Shown here: positions 27,217 through 36,226 of the stretch, piece by piece | How positions within the stretch are numbered: position 1 is the stretch's first letter | How the letters are laid out: every line of letters begins with the position of its first letter | Assembly: GCA_023819255.1 (NCBI GenBank) | Contig: JAMWBU010000001.1 | Location: 85,512 to 149,511, forward strand | Length of the DNA: 64,000 bases | Direction of reading: 5' to 3' | From: Candidatus Omnitrophota bacterium | GTDB lineage: Bacteria; Ratteibacteria; UBA8468; B48-G9; DTJG01 | Notes under the pieces: generated by a model | What the model was told of the DNA's origin: nothing | The model's database searches: none | The model's input: the letters and a program-made list of their open reading frames with translations, nothing else | Position numbers and translations under genes: made by a program

Positions 27217-28265
27217 GAATTATTCCAGGAGACGGGATAGGACCCGAAATTATTAGCGCGGGAATGGAAGTTTTGAAATCAGCGGCAAGCAGATTTGAAT
27301 TTTGTCTGGAAACAGTTCATTATGACTTTGGGGGAGAAAGATATTTAAGAACTGGTGAAACCTTGCCTGATTCAGCAATAGAGGAATTCAAGAAACTGGA
27401 TGCGATTTATCTTGGCGCGATAGGTCATCCAGATGTGAAGCCAGGCATACTTGAAAAGGGAATCCTTTTGAAAATTAGGTTTGACCTCGATCAGTACATA
27501 AATCTGAGGCCCGTGAAACTTTATCCGGGTGTCTGGACGCCTTTAAAGGACAAAGGGCCAGAACATATAGATTATGTTGTTGTGCGGGAAAACACAGAAG
27601 GCGCGTATTGCGGTATCGGAGGTTTTTTCAAAAAAGATACGCAGGATGAGATCGCAACTCAACTGGATATAAATACACGCAAAGGCGTGGAAAGATGCGT
27701 CAGATACGCATTTGAACTTGCTCGCAAGAGAAACAAAAAGAAAACATTGACATGCGTCGATAAAGCAAATGTATTGACTTTTTCAGGAGATTTGTGGAGA
27801 AGGACCTGCCAGGATATCAACAAACAATTTCCTGATATAAAATTGGATTACGCATTTGTTGACGCAACCTGTATGTGGATGGTGAAAAATCCCGAGTGGT
27901 TTGATGTGCTTGTTACAAATAACATGTTCGGTGACATTATCACAGATCTTGCAGCCATAACACAGGGTGGGCTGGGTGTTGCCGCGGGCGGAAACATAAA
28001 CCCTGAAGGTGTGAGTATGTTTGAACCGATACACGGTTCTGCTCCTAAATATACCGGCAAGAATGTTATATGTCCCATAGCCACAATTGTCGCGGGCGCA
28101 ATGATGCTTGACGCGCTTGGAGAGACAAAAGCCGCTGATTGCATAGAAAAAGCAATCTGCAAGGCTCTTGCAGAAAAGCATATCAAAAATCTTGAAGCAG
28201 GTAAAATGGGTATGGGAACATCTGAAGCCGGTGAACTGATCGCAAGATTTGTTTCTGAGATCTGA
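27189..28265 (+). CDS. leuB: 3-isopropylmalate dehydrogenase (tartrate/D-malate dehydrogenase-like subfamily)
   Basis: [53 protein letters not shown] and [20 protein letters not shown] lies 8 nt upstream of the ATG. The sequence is closer by eye to E. coli DmlA/TtuC-type enzymes than to classical LeuB. Confidence 0.85.
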   Translation: MGKGKAYKIGIIPGDGIGPEIISAGMEVLKSAASRFEFCLETVHYDFGGERYLRTGETLPDSAIEEFKKLDAIYLGAIGHPDVKPGILEKGILLKIRFDLDQYINLRPVKLYPGVWTPLKDKGPEHIDYVVVRENTEGAYCGIGGFFKKDTQDEIATQLDINTRKGVERCVRYAFELARKRNKKKTLTCVDKANVLTFSGDLWRRTCQDINKQFPDIKLDYAFVDATCMWMVKNPEWFDVLVTNNMFGDIITDLAAITQGGLGVAAGGNINPEGVSMFEPIHGSAPKYTGKNVICPIATIVAGAMMLDALGETKAADCIEKAICKALAEKHIKNLEAGKMGMGTSEAGELIARFVSEI

Positions 28266-28281
28266 AATAGGGAGTGAGGCT

Positions 28282-28893
28282 ATGGAACAAACTATCAATA
28301 GATGGAGATATGGCTGGTATACTTATTATGAATGGAGGCGCCAGGCTACTTTTATTGAGAGATTACTGCTTTCTCTTACATTTTCCTTTTTTACAGGTGT
28401 TTCTGCGCAGATATTCATAAGATTGCCTTTTACTCCTGTGCCTGTTACAGGACAGGTTTTTATGGTTCTTTTAAGCGGAGCGCTTCTTGGAAAAAATTGG
28501 GCAGCCGTCAGCCAGATAATGTATCTTACTGGCGGCATTGCAGGCATACCATGGTTTGCTGCCGGACATTCTGGGATGGTTTTACTGCCTTCTTATGGTT
28601 ATATTGTTGGTTTTATTCCTGCTTCTTTTTTTATTGGATGGATTTTTGATAGAGGAATCTGTAATCAAAGTATTTCACGGCGGATTTTTGCAATGCTGGC
28701 AGGGGTTGCTATTATATATTTTTCTGGCGCAATGTGGTTTTCGTTTTTTATGGGCACAGGGTTAAAGGCGACATTTTTTATGGCTGTTGCGCCTTTTATT
28801 CCAGTCGATATTATAAAGGCATACATAGCTGCCTATCTGACAGCTTTTTGTTTCCCACAAGTTTTCTGCAATGGAAAGACCTTTAAGAATTAG
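28282..28893 (+). CDS. bioY: biotin transporter S-component, BioY family
   Basis: The RLPFTPVPVTGQVFMVLLSGALLG motif and about six TM segments. The ATG at 28282 is preceded by GGAGTGAGG. Confidence 0.8.
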   Translation: MEQTINRWRYGWYTYYEWRRQATFIERLLLSLTFSFFTGVSAQIFIRLPFTPVPVTGQVFMVLLSGALLGKNWAAVSQIMYLTGGIAGIPWFAAGHSGMVLLPSYGYIVGFIPASFFIGWIFDRGICNQSISRRIFAMLAGVAIIYFSGAMWFSFFMGTGLKATFFMAVAPFIPVDIIKAYIAAYLTAFCFPQVFCNGKTFKN

Positions 28894-29299
28894 ACCTCAT
28901 CATCTTTTTTGTTTACTCGGTTTCAAAGGATTTGGCTACAGTCGAGCGTTTGTGAATAATATGAGAAGGATATCAGATATGATAAAAAAAGGCCATGAAT
29001 TTAGAGTGAACCTGGTTATTGGCGAAGATGATATTTGCTTGTTCTGTCCGCACCTTTCAAATTCAAATTGCTTGAAAAAGCCAGATTCTGAAATTGTTTT
29101 GCAAAAAAAGGAACAAAAGATTGTTTCGCTTTTGAATGTTGATACATCCGACACAGTGATTTTAAGCGTACTTTATGAGAAAATGAGAGAAAAATTCACT
29201 TTAAATATGCTTGATAATTTATGCTCGGATTGCCAGTGGTATTCAATGGGCGATTGCAAAAAAGGGTTTAAAAATCTGAAAAAAGGCGGATTTTTATGA
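28871..29299 (+). CDS. DUF1284 domain protein (Cys-rich, function unknown)
   Basis: LRIRPHHLFCLLGFKGFGYSRAFV, then ICLFCPH...C, then CSDCQWY..GDC, which matches the DUF1284 pattern as I recall it. Confidence 0.65.
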   Translation: MERPLRIRPHHLFCLLGFKGFGYSRAFVNNMRRISDMIKKGHEFRVNLVIGEDDICLFCPHLSNSNCLKKPDSEIVLQKKEQKIVSLLNVDTSDTVILSVLYEKMREKFTLNMLDNLCSDCQWYSMGDCKKGFKNLKKGGFL

Positions 29300-30312
29300 A
29301 AAAATACAATGTTGCGGTTATCGGAGCAGGACTGGTTGGAAAAAAAATGGTTGAGGTTTTACTGGAGAGAAACTTTCCAATGGCAAACCTGAAGATTTTT
29401 GCAACCAAGGAAAGAACCGAAATTATTGCCGGCAGATCTTTTGTTGTTGAGAAGGCATCAGAAGACTCTTTTAATGGCATAGACTTTGCTTTTTTTGCCG
29501 GTACTGAAGGCGAAAAAGGAGCAAGTAGAGAATTTGCGTGGAAAGCAGTTGAAAAAGGATCTATTGTTATTGATAACGGCGGAGATTTCAGGATGCATCC
29601 TGATGTGCCTCTGGTGATACCTGAGGTGAATCCTGAACATGTAAAAAAACACAGAGGTTTGATTGCAAATCCGAATTGTTCAACGATAATAATGCTTATG
29701 GCTGTCGCTCCCCTTGACAGAGAATATCGAGTAAAAAGAATAATTGTTTCCACATATCAGGCAGTTTCAGGAACAGGAAGTAAAGCAGTTGAAGAACTTA
29801 AGATGCAGGCCAGTCAGTACTTGAGCGGACAGGAAATTACAATAGATGTGTACCCGCACAGAATTCTTTTCAATCTAATACCCCAGATAGGAACCCTGTC
29901 TGAACAGTTTTCAGGATATTATACTGAAGAAGTCAAGATGATTCAGGAAACAAGAAAAATTCTTGATCGGCAGGATATTATGATTTCCGCCACCTGCGTC
30001 AGGGTGCCTGTTTTTAACGGGCATTCAGAAGCAATTACTGTTCAGTTTGAATCCAAACCGGATTTGCAAAGATGCCGTGAGATTTTTTCATCCACGAAAG
30101 GCGTACATCTTCTGGACGAGCCGGAAAAATCGATATATCCGATGCCTGTTGATGTTTCTGGAAGGGACGATGTCTTTGTCGGCAGGATTCGCGCCAGTAG
30201 TGCTCTTGAAAACGCGATTGATATGTGGGTGGTTGGCGACAATATAAAAAAAGGTGCGGCCCAGAATGCTGTTCAGATTGCAGAAAAAATGATTGAAATG
30301 GGTTTCGCCTGA
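29296..30312 (+). CDS. asd: aspartate-semialdehyde dehydrogenase
   Basis: VAVIGAGLVGKKM, the active-site IANPNCSTI, YQAVSGTG and RVPVFNGHSE. Confidence 0.93.
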   Translation: MKKYNVAVIGAGLVGKKMVEVLLERNFPMANLKIFATKERTEIIAGRSFVVEKASEDSFNGIDFAFFAGTEGEKGASREFAWKAVEKGSIVIDNGGDFRMHPDVPLVIPEVNPEHVKKHRGLIANPNCSTIIMLMAVAPLDREYRVKRIIVSTYQAVSGTGSKAVEELKMQASQYLSGQEITIDVYPHRILFNLIPQIGTLSEQFSGYYTEEVKMIQETRKILDRQDIMISATCVRVPVFNGHSEAITVQFESKPDLQRCREIFSSTKGVHLLDEPEKSIYPMPVDVSGRDDVFVGRIRASSALENAIDMWVVGDNIKKGAAQNAVQIAEKMIEMGFA

Positions 30313-30314
30313 CA

Positions 30315-33300
30315 CTATTTCATCGGAAACATATCTTTTAATTTTATGTGAAAAGGACGGGAAGGCCTTGATATTTTATTTTCACTGTCCCTGTAAACAA
30401 CAAAAAGATAGAAGTCAACATTGGCGTTCAGTCCTGTTAAAAGACCTCCTGGTTCAATCCATTTTTCCGCCATACAGACAGCTCCAGCGCCACTTTCGTA
30501 CGGGCTAACCCAGATGTCATACGAAGACGCCTCTTCGACTTTTTTGAACCAGATATGGCACCTTGTTCCATCATACTCCCTTTCAGGTATGGTGATGGAA
30601 GTGATTTCTGTCGCAGGGAGAACGCCTGTTTCGTTCAGTTTCGCTATCGGATTTTCAATGTTTGGCGTTTTTTCATCAACAGGCATTCTGAGTCTTGAGA
30701 TCTGCACTGCTTTTTCTGTCATATTCTGGCTGCTATCATACTCAACATACAAGTCTGCAAAAAAAGTGTCCGATGTGTTTGCCGGCAACAGTTGATCAGC
30801 CACAATTACATGCGTCCTTCTTTCGATAAATATTTTTTCTATCGTTAAGGGAAGATCCACTATTCCATCGCCACCATAGTTTCCCCACCAGCAAGTACCG
30901 GGTTCTCTAAAACAATCAAATGGTTGATTCCCTGGTAGTTCAAACCTCAGATATCTCCATCCGTCAAAGCAGAATGCGCTTGCGCAGTGCACATCGTCTA
31001 CATTCCATTCTCCGTCCCTGCCATTGCTTATCCATTTTTCGCCATGCGCGTCCCTTAAACAGTAAACAATCCTGCCCCAGTCGCTATTAGCCTTCACCCA
31101 CATTCCGATATGGCTTGGTTTGCCTGGTATCACAATCGGTTTTTCTGGAACGACTGTTGTGTAGAAAGGCATTGTTTTTCTTTCTTTTTCCTGTTTCTTA
31201 AGAGTGATTGACAGCGCTTTTTTCCCCTGTTTAACTGGAGCCATGACGATCTTTGCTTCCATATTGCCGGGGAATTTTTTTACAAATTCCTGATGCGCGT
31301 TTTCATAATCCGCATCTCTTTCAGAAGATATTTTCCAGGTACCATCACCGAGATTACTTATTCTTATTGAATTTTTTTCAGGGTAAGCATCCATATGGAC
31401 GGGCTCGCCGAGAGAAATCAATGGGTCATTTTCGATACCCCAGATATAAACAGGGGAACTGCTGATTTTGATTTTATAATAGCCGTTTTTTTCTCTTACT
31501 ATCGTGCAATTGTCCATCTGGTCATACATCTCTATTTTAAAGTTTTTCTGTCCGGTTATATACACATCTCTTGTTCCGCGGATTGTCCATAAAACATGAA
31601 GAGTCTTTCCATCCTTGTAGTGTTTGAACTGTAAGCAGAATACTGTGTTGCTGCCAGTCGGGATCATTTTTATGTATTTCATCCTGTTTGTCTGTCTTGT
31701 CAGTGTGGCATAGGCGCAATAGACTGGCTTTGGATATAGTAAAGGAATTCTCTTACACAAACCATTCCCGTAATGTGTTTCTCCCCATGCCCCTGCGCAT
31801 TGAAAACCTGCAGGACAACCAAAGTGCCGGGTGGTGTTATACGCCATCAGCAGCAGATATGCCCTTACTGTGTGATCTGCTTCTTCCTGCATCGTTAATG
31901 CACCAGGAATTGAGGGAGATACAGAAGGTCCTTCTATTGACATAAGCTCAGGCCATTGTTTTCCTGTTTTCATCCATTCCTGTTTAAGCTGCCACATAAC
32001 CGATGCAAAGGTAACCTGATGCATTTGCATTTCAGGGATTCTTTCGAAAAGGACAACATCAAGGGCAGGTCCATCCATTAATTCAGTCGCTTCTTTACTG
32101 TATTTAAGAAATGGAATCGGGAATGAAGGTATTCCCCACGGTAAAAGGCATTTTGCATGTGGCCATTCTTTTTTAATGGCTGATGCGGCTATCAAAAATT
32201 CCTGAAGAAACTTTTCATATCTTATTTTTTCTTCAGGAGTCATTTCGTAAGGTGGATCCCCATAATTTTCCGGCAAACTGATGTAAGAAACCGGTCCGAT
32301 CAGAGGTTCAGCGTAAAAAACAGCCAGTTCTGGTTCATTTACTCTTGTTGGTTTTGAAAGGGGAGATTTTTTTATCGCTTCAACAATGGCTTTTTTCATC
32401 TCCTCGGGTTTTGATCCATCCCATTCAACTCCGATATGTTCCTTTATCATATGAAGCTGATACGTCAGATAGTATGTTTTCATTTTGTGCTCTATAAGAA
32501 ATTTTAATTCTGTTTCAGTGAGCGTTTCTTCAACAAATGGTCTCATACAGGACTCAACACCCGCTTTTGTCATTATCTCAAGTCGTTCGATTCCTTCAGG
32601 TGTTTCATGACCTCCTCGCCAGTCCCAGAAACCAAAAATTTGCCCTTTGCCTTCTTTCCAATTTCCTCTTTCTCTGGTATCTGGATGTAAATATGCCAGA
32701 GATCCTGTCATAATTCTTGTTTCTCCGGAATCAGTAATAGCGAATCTTGTTTTATGGTATCCATACCTTTTCAGATTAAGCGCGAAAGGTACGGATATTG
32801 ATTTATTAGCCGGGATAATACATTCTTTTTTTGTTATTGTCTTTTCTTTTTTGTCATAACTTTCAGTTGAAATAGAAACCGTCACACTTTTCTTCTTACC
32901 TGTGGTATTTTTCAGATTGCAAAAATATTCAATCTTCTCAGGAGATGTCCATATATGGGCAAATTGAGACGGAACAAAATCCACCTTTACATCAGGTTTT
33001 TCAAATGTTATCGCAAAAACATGAACATTGCTTGGCAGACCTGCCTGATGCATGCTATAGTAAATGGGATCAGGAAAACTCCTGTAAACAATAACCTTTT
33101 TTGTCAATTCAAATTCTAAGTACGGCAGATCTGAAAAACCTTTCAGTCCTTCTTCAAGCAAAGGAATTGTTATCAGATAAAGATTTCCTTTTTTCCCTTT
33201 TTCAGTGACGAATGGAATTTTTGAGGTAGTTGCGGATTCAGCTGTGTACACAGGAACTCTTGTCTCAAATGGAAGTGGATGCCCGGCGTTTGGTCTGTAA

Positions 33301-34373
33301 AATACGACTGTCAATACAGGAACTGTATCTGGAATATCATCGGCCGCTGCGATAAGATGAATTTTTGTATACTGATCGTTCGGTATTCTAAATTGTATTC
33401 TTCCCGGTTCTATATTTAATGCTCCCCGCCATCTTGTTATATCTCCAGACCATCCATCAAATGCGCCTTCCAGCGAACCGAACATTGCCCATGATTTGCC
33501 CGTATCTATGTGATCGTCACACCCCTCTTTTCCGGTGGCAAGAAAAAATGGAATATTTTTGATGGATATTTTGTTTTTCTGGGAGGGTATGAGTAAACGT
33601 TTTATTTTATCATTTCCTGGGAATCTTGATGCATTGACATAACCATCGAGCGCAACAGGCACAAATTTCGTTTCTTCTTCTATGGGGTTAATTTTTATTG
33701 ATGATAGAGCCACGCCTTCATAACAATTGATTTTAATAAATCCTTCTGGATTGATATTTTTTCCCTCTATCGTACGAAGAAGTCTGCCATCAAGCCATAT
33801 CTGCAAATTATTTTGACGTATAATGTATCTGATTGCAATCCATTTTTTTTCAATCGGCATCAGGTTTGACACCTCCTTTTCGTAATTCTTCCTTATCATC
33901 TCAGGCCAGTTGAAACGATTTTTAATAAGCGTCATTACAGCATAGGATCCATAAAGACCGTGTTTTTCGCCAGGAGCAGGAGATACACTCCAGTAAATCT
34001 GTCGCGGATTGAGGTCCGGATACCATGTTAATACGAGTCCGTAAGGGTTTGTTGTTGGTTCTTCTGGACTTTTCAGTCCGGCGGAGATTGTTACGCTTGT
34101 CCTTTTTCTTGAGTTAAATTTGAGTGCAATTGAAACTTCTGAGTTTACAGGTATTGATTTGAGAGTGCTTAATGTCATTCCGCTGGTTCCTGTGAGAATA
34201 AAACTGGTTTCGTTTTCGATGTCAAAATTTGAAGTTATTTCTCGTCCATAAATCGGAGTTATTTTCCATATCCCGGGATCAATAATCTGTTGCATTTTCT
34301 GCACCTGAGAAAATAAAACACCTGAGAAACAGATCGTTAATAAAAAACCTTTTGCTGTAATTGCAATTTTCAT
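30315..34373 (-). CDS. very large secreted protein of unknown function (1352 aa)
   Basis: Uninterrupted ORF with GGAG 7 nt upstream of an ATG that overlaps the upstream stop (ATGA at 34370-34373). It has the signal peptide MKIAITAKGFLLTICFSGVLFSQ and a Trp/Tyr-rich composition. I could assign no catalytic motif with confidence. The C-terminal ~90 aa look like an FN3/Ig-like beta sandwich. Confidence 0.85.
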   Translation of the reverse strand: MKIAITAKGFLLTICFSGVLFSQVQKMQQIIDPGIWKITPIYGREITSNFDIENETSFILTGTSGMTLSTLKSIPVNSEVSIALKFNSRKRTSVTISAGLKSPEEPTTNPYGLVLTWYPDLNPRQIYWSVSPAPGEKHGLYGSYAVMTLIKNRFNWPEMIRKNYEKEVSNLMPIEKKWIAIRYIIRQNNLQIWLDGRLLRTIEGKNINPEGFIKINCYEGVALSSIKINPIEEETKFVPVALDGYVNASRFPGNDKIKRLLIPSQKNKISIKNIPFFLATGKEGCDDHIDTGKSWAMFGSLEGAFDGWSGDITRWRGALNIEPGRIQFRIPNDQYTKIHLIAAADDIPDTVPVLTVVFYRPNAGHPLPFETRVPVYTAESATTSKIPFVTEKGKKGNLYLITIPLLEEGLKGFSDLPYLEFELTKKVIVYRSFPDPIYYSMHQAGLPSNVHVFAITFEKPDVKVDFVPSQFAHIWTSPEKIEYFCNLKNTTGKKKSVTVSISTESYDKKEKTITKKECIIPANKSISVPFALNLKRYGYHKTRFAITDSGETRIMTGSLAYLHPDTRERGNWKEGKGQIFGFWDWRGGHETPEGIERLEIMTKAGVESCMRPFVEETLTETELKFLIEHKMKTYYLTYQLHMIKEHIGVEWDGSKPEEMKKAIVEAIKKSPLSKPTRVNEPELAVFYAEPLIGPVSYISLPENYGDPPYEMTPEEKIRYEKFLQEFLIAASAIKKEWPHAKCLLPWGIPSFPIPFLKYSKEATELMDGPALDVVLFERIPEMQMHQVTFASVMWQLKQEWMKTGKQWPELMSIEGPSVSPSIPGALTMQEEADHTVRAYLLLMAYNTTRHFGCPAGFQCAGAWGETHYGNGLCKRIPLLYPKPVYCAYATLTRQTNRMKYIKMIPTGSNTVFCLQFKHYKDGKTLHVLWTIRGTRDVYITGQKNFKIEMYDQMDNCTIVREKNGYYKIKISSSPVYIWGIENDPLISLGEPVHMDAYPEKNSIRISNLGDGTWKISSERDADYENAHQEFVKKFPGNMEAKIVMAPVKQGKKALSITLKKQEKERKTMPFYTTVVPEKPIVIPGKPSHIGMWVKANSDWGRIVYCLRDAHGEKWISNGRDGEWNVDDVHCASAFCFDGWRYLRFELPGNQPFDCFREPGTCWWGNYGGDGIVDLPLTIEKIFIERRTHVIVADQLLPANTSDTFFADLYVEYDSSQNMTEKAVQISRLRMPVDEKTPNIENPIAKLNETGVLPATEITSITIPEREYDGTRCHIWFKKVEEASSYDIWVSPYESGAGAVCMAEKWIEPGGLLTGLNANVDFYLFVVYRDSENKISRPSRPFHIKLKDMFPMK

Positions 34374-34900
34374 CTAAAACCTCCATTGTTATTGTTAGGA
34401 ACGCAAAAATACTTGGTACCGGATTTTTCTATTCGAAAAAGCGCGAGTTTTCCTTTTTTGAATCCAAGCCTTTTTACAATTTCGGGGATTCCTTCGAGTG
34501 CTGAGTGGGTATTTTCTGGCGCTATCGCTGTTCCTGTTTGTTTCTCCATTGTTTTTATGTCTAAAACGAGCCATTTTGAATCCAGAAAAACAATTTGAAG
34601 ATTTTGATTAACCGTTCCAAATCCAGGGTTTGTGTTAACGAACATTGTATCCTGATTGATGCCCGGAAACCAGATTACCGTACTTTGAAACTCTTCTTTA
34701 CTGGCATTACAGAAGCCCTGATGAGCGAGTTCCTGTGTTTCAGCCACTATGATTTTTATGCCATAAAACTTTTTTTCAACAGCAGGCCATTGCGAAAAAG
34801 GCTTTCTGTCCCTGGCAAGACCTGTTAAACACAAAGAAAAAATAAAAAAAAGAGTGACAGATAAAAATGCGGCGTATGAAAACATCGAAAATTTTCTCAT
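34370..34900 (-). CDS. small secreted protein, DUF192 (COG1430)-like
   Basis: Signal/anchor sequence MRKFSMFSYAAFLSVTLFFIFSLCLTGLA. The core IIVAETQELAHQGF...VIWFPG...MFVNTN...LQIVFLDSKWLVLDI loosely follows the DUF192 pattern (vAdT...GLm ... mlF.f ... WM.nt..pLDi.Fld). It has ATGA overlaps on both sides. Confidence 0.4.
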   Translation of the reverse strand: MRKFSMFSYAAFLSVTLFFIFSLCLTGLARDRKPFSQWPAVEKKFYGIKIIVAETQELAHQGFCNASKEEFQSTVIWFPGINQDTMFVNTNPGFGTVNQNLQIVFLDSKWLVLDIKTMEKQTGTAIAPENTHSALEGIPEIVKRLGFKKGKLALFRIEKSGTKYFCVPNNNNGGFR

Positions 34901-35409
34901 AAACTCAGGATGCTGAAAATATCATATTTTTTAATTTTTTCTCTACCATTAAGGTCTTTTAGCTCAATCAGAAAAATTACTTTTTTTACCCGGGCGTTTG
35001 CATTTTCAATAAGCGAGCATGCGGCAGCAGCGGTTCCACCGGTTGCAAGAACATCGTCAACCAGTACAACTTTTTCGTTGGGTCCAAATGCGTCAGCAGG
35101 AATTTCTATTGTGTCCTGTCCATATTCAAGCGCATAGGTATGCTTTAATGTTTTGCATGGAAGTTTGCCAAACTTTCTTATTGGCACAAAGCCTTTGTTT
35201 AGTTTACAAGCAAGGGCGCCACCGAAAATAAATCCTCTGGATTCTATTGCCACTATTTTGGTTGTGTCTGATGGCACCTGTTTTGCAAACAATTCAATAC
35301 TTTCAGCAAAAAGCGCATTGTTGTTTATTAAAGGAGTGATATCCCTGAACAAAACTCCTTTTTTCGGAAAATCCGGGATTGTCCGTATTGCGTCATATAG
35401 CTTTTTCAT
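34897..35409 (-). CDS. apt: adenine phosphoribosyltransferase
   Basis: IPDFPKKGVLFRDITPL, IESRGFIFG and the PRPP loop VVLVDDVLATGGTA. Confidence 0.93.
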   Translation of the reverse strand: MKKLYDAIRTIPDFPKKGVLFRDITPLINNNALFAESIELFAKQVPSDTTKIVAIESRGFIFGGALACKLNKGFVPIRKFGKLPCKTLKHTYALEYGQDTIEIPADAFGPNEKVVLVDDVLATGGTAAAACSLIENANARVKKVIFLIELKDLNGREKIKKYDIFSILSL

Positions 35410-36226
35410 TTTTCATCTCCTTTATCTCTTTGTTTAAGTACCTCAGACAATTTTTTACTATCTGATGCACTCTCTGTCTGGTTATACCCAGCTCACTGGC
35501 GATTTCTTTGTATGTTTTCGGATTTCCGTTATCAATTCCGTAATGCATCTTTAATATTTTTATCCATAGATCGATCTGCAAACGTTTATTCCTTTTTTTC
35601 AATCTTTCGAATAATCTATTTAACAGGTCTTTGTCTGACAGCATTCTATCCCATTTTTTTTTGCTGGATTCAAAATCTGTGATTTCAAAGATATCGTAAT
35701 TTTCGTCCTCCTTGTCCTGAAAAGTGGGTGAAATTTTTGTGGATTCAAAGTATGGTTTATATTTCAAGAATTTTTCAAGATCAAGATTCAACATAGCAGA
35801 CATTTCAGAGTCTCTGGGGTACCTGTTCTTTTCCATTTTTATTTTTTGGACTATGTCTTTATATTTTGTTTTAAGCTTGTGTATTTTTTCCGGGACTTTG
35901 AATGATTCGTCTATGATTGCTCTCATTATATACCGTTTAATCCAGAAGTAAGCATAGGTTCCGAATCTTGTATGTTTTTTCGGATTAAATTTCTTTATTG
36001 CTTCAAGAAGACCGATATTGCCTTCAGAAATGAGGTCGTCCAGCGTATTTGGAGCGAATGCATATTTTTTTGCAATAGAAAAAACAAGTCCCTGGTTCAT
36101 TTTTATAAATTTTTCCTGAGCGTTTTTTTCTCCTCGTTTTATCCTTTTAAGAAGTTCTAATTCTTCTTTTTCTTCGGGATGTTTCAATCTCACTTTTTCC
36201 GTATTTTTCAGGCTTTTATTTGCCAT
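35393..36226 (-). CDS. RNA polymerase sigma factor, sigma-70 family (group 3-like, 277 aa)
   Basis: Region 2: LISEGNIGLLEAIKKFNPKKHTRFGTYAYFWIKRYI. Region 4 helix-turn-helix: TYKEIASELGITRQRVHQIVKNCLRYL. It overlaps the alaS 3' end by 11 nt and the apt 5' end by 17 nt. Confidence 0.85.
   Translation of the reverse strand: MANKSLKNTEKVRLKHPEEKEELELLKRIKRGEKNAQEKFIKMNQGLVFSIAKKYAFAPNTLDDLISEGNIGLLEAIKKFNPKKHTRFGTYAYFWIKRYIMRAIIDESFKVPEKIHKLKTKYKDIVQKIKMEKNRYPRDSEMSAMLNLDLEKFLKYKPYFESTKISPTFQDKEDENYDIFEITDFESSKKKWDRMLSDKDLLNRLFERLKKRNKRLQIDLWIKILKMHYGIDNGNPKTYKEIASELGITRQRVHQIVKNCLRYLNKEIKEMKNEKAI

Noticed and set aside
27783-28298. 171-aa and 112-aa minus-strand ORFs opposite leuB
   Set aside because: These are shadow ORFs inside a gene with unambiguous IPMDH-family motifs. 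There is no SD or promoter context.
29268-29753. 161-aa minus-strand ORF opposite the 5' part of asd
   Set aside because: It is antisense to asd (ANPNCSTI active site on the plus strand) and its composition is low-complexity.
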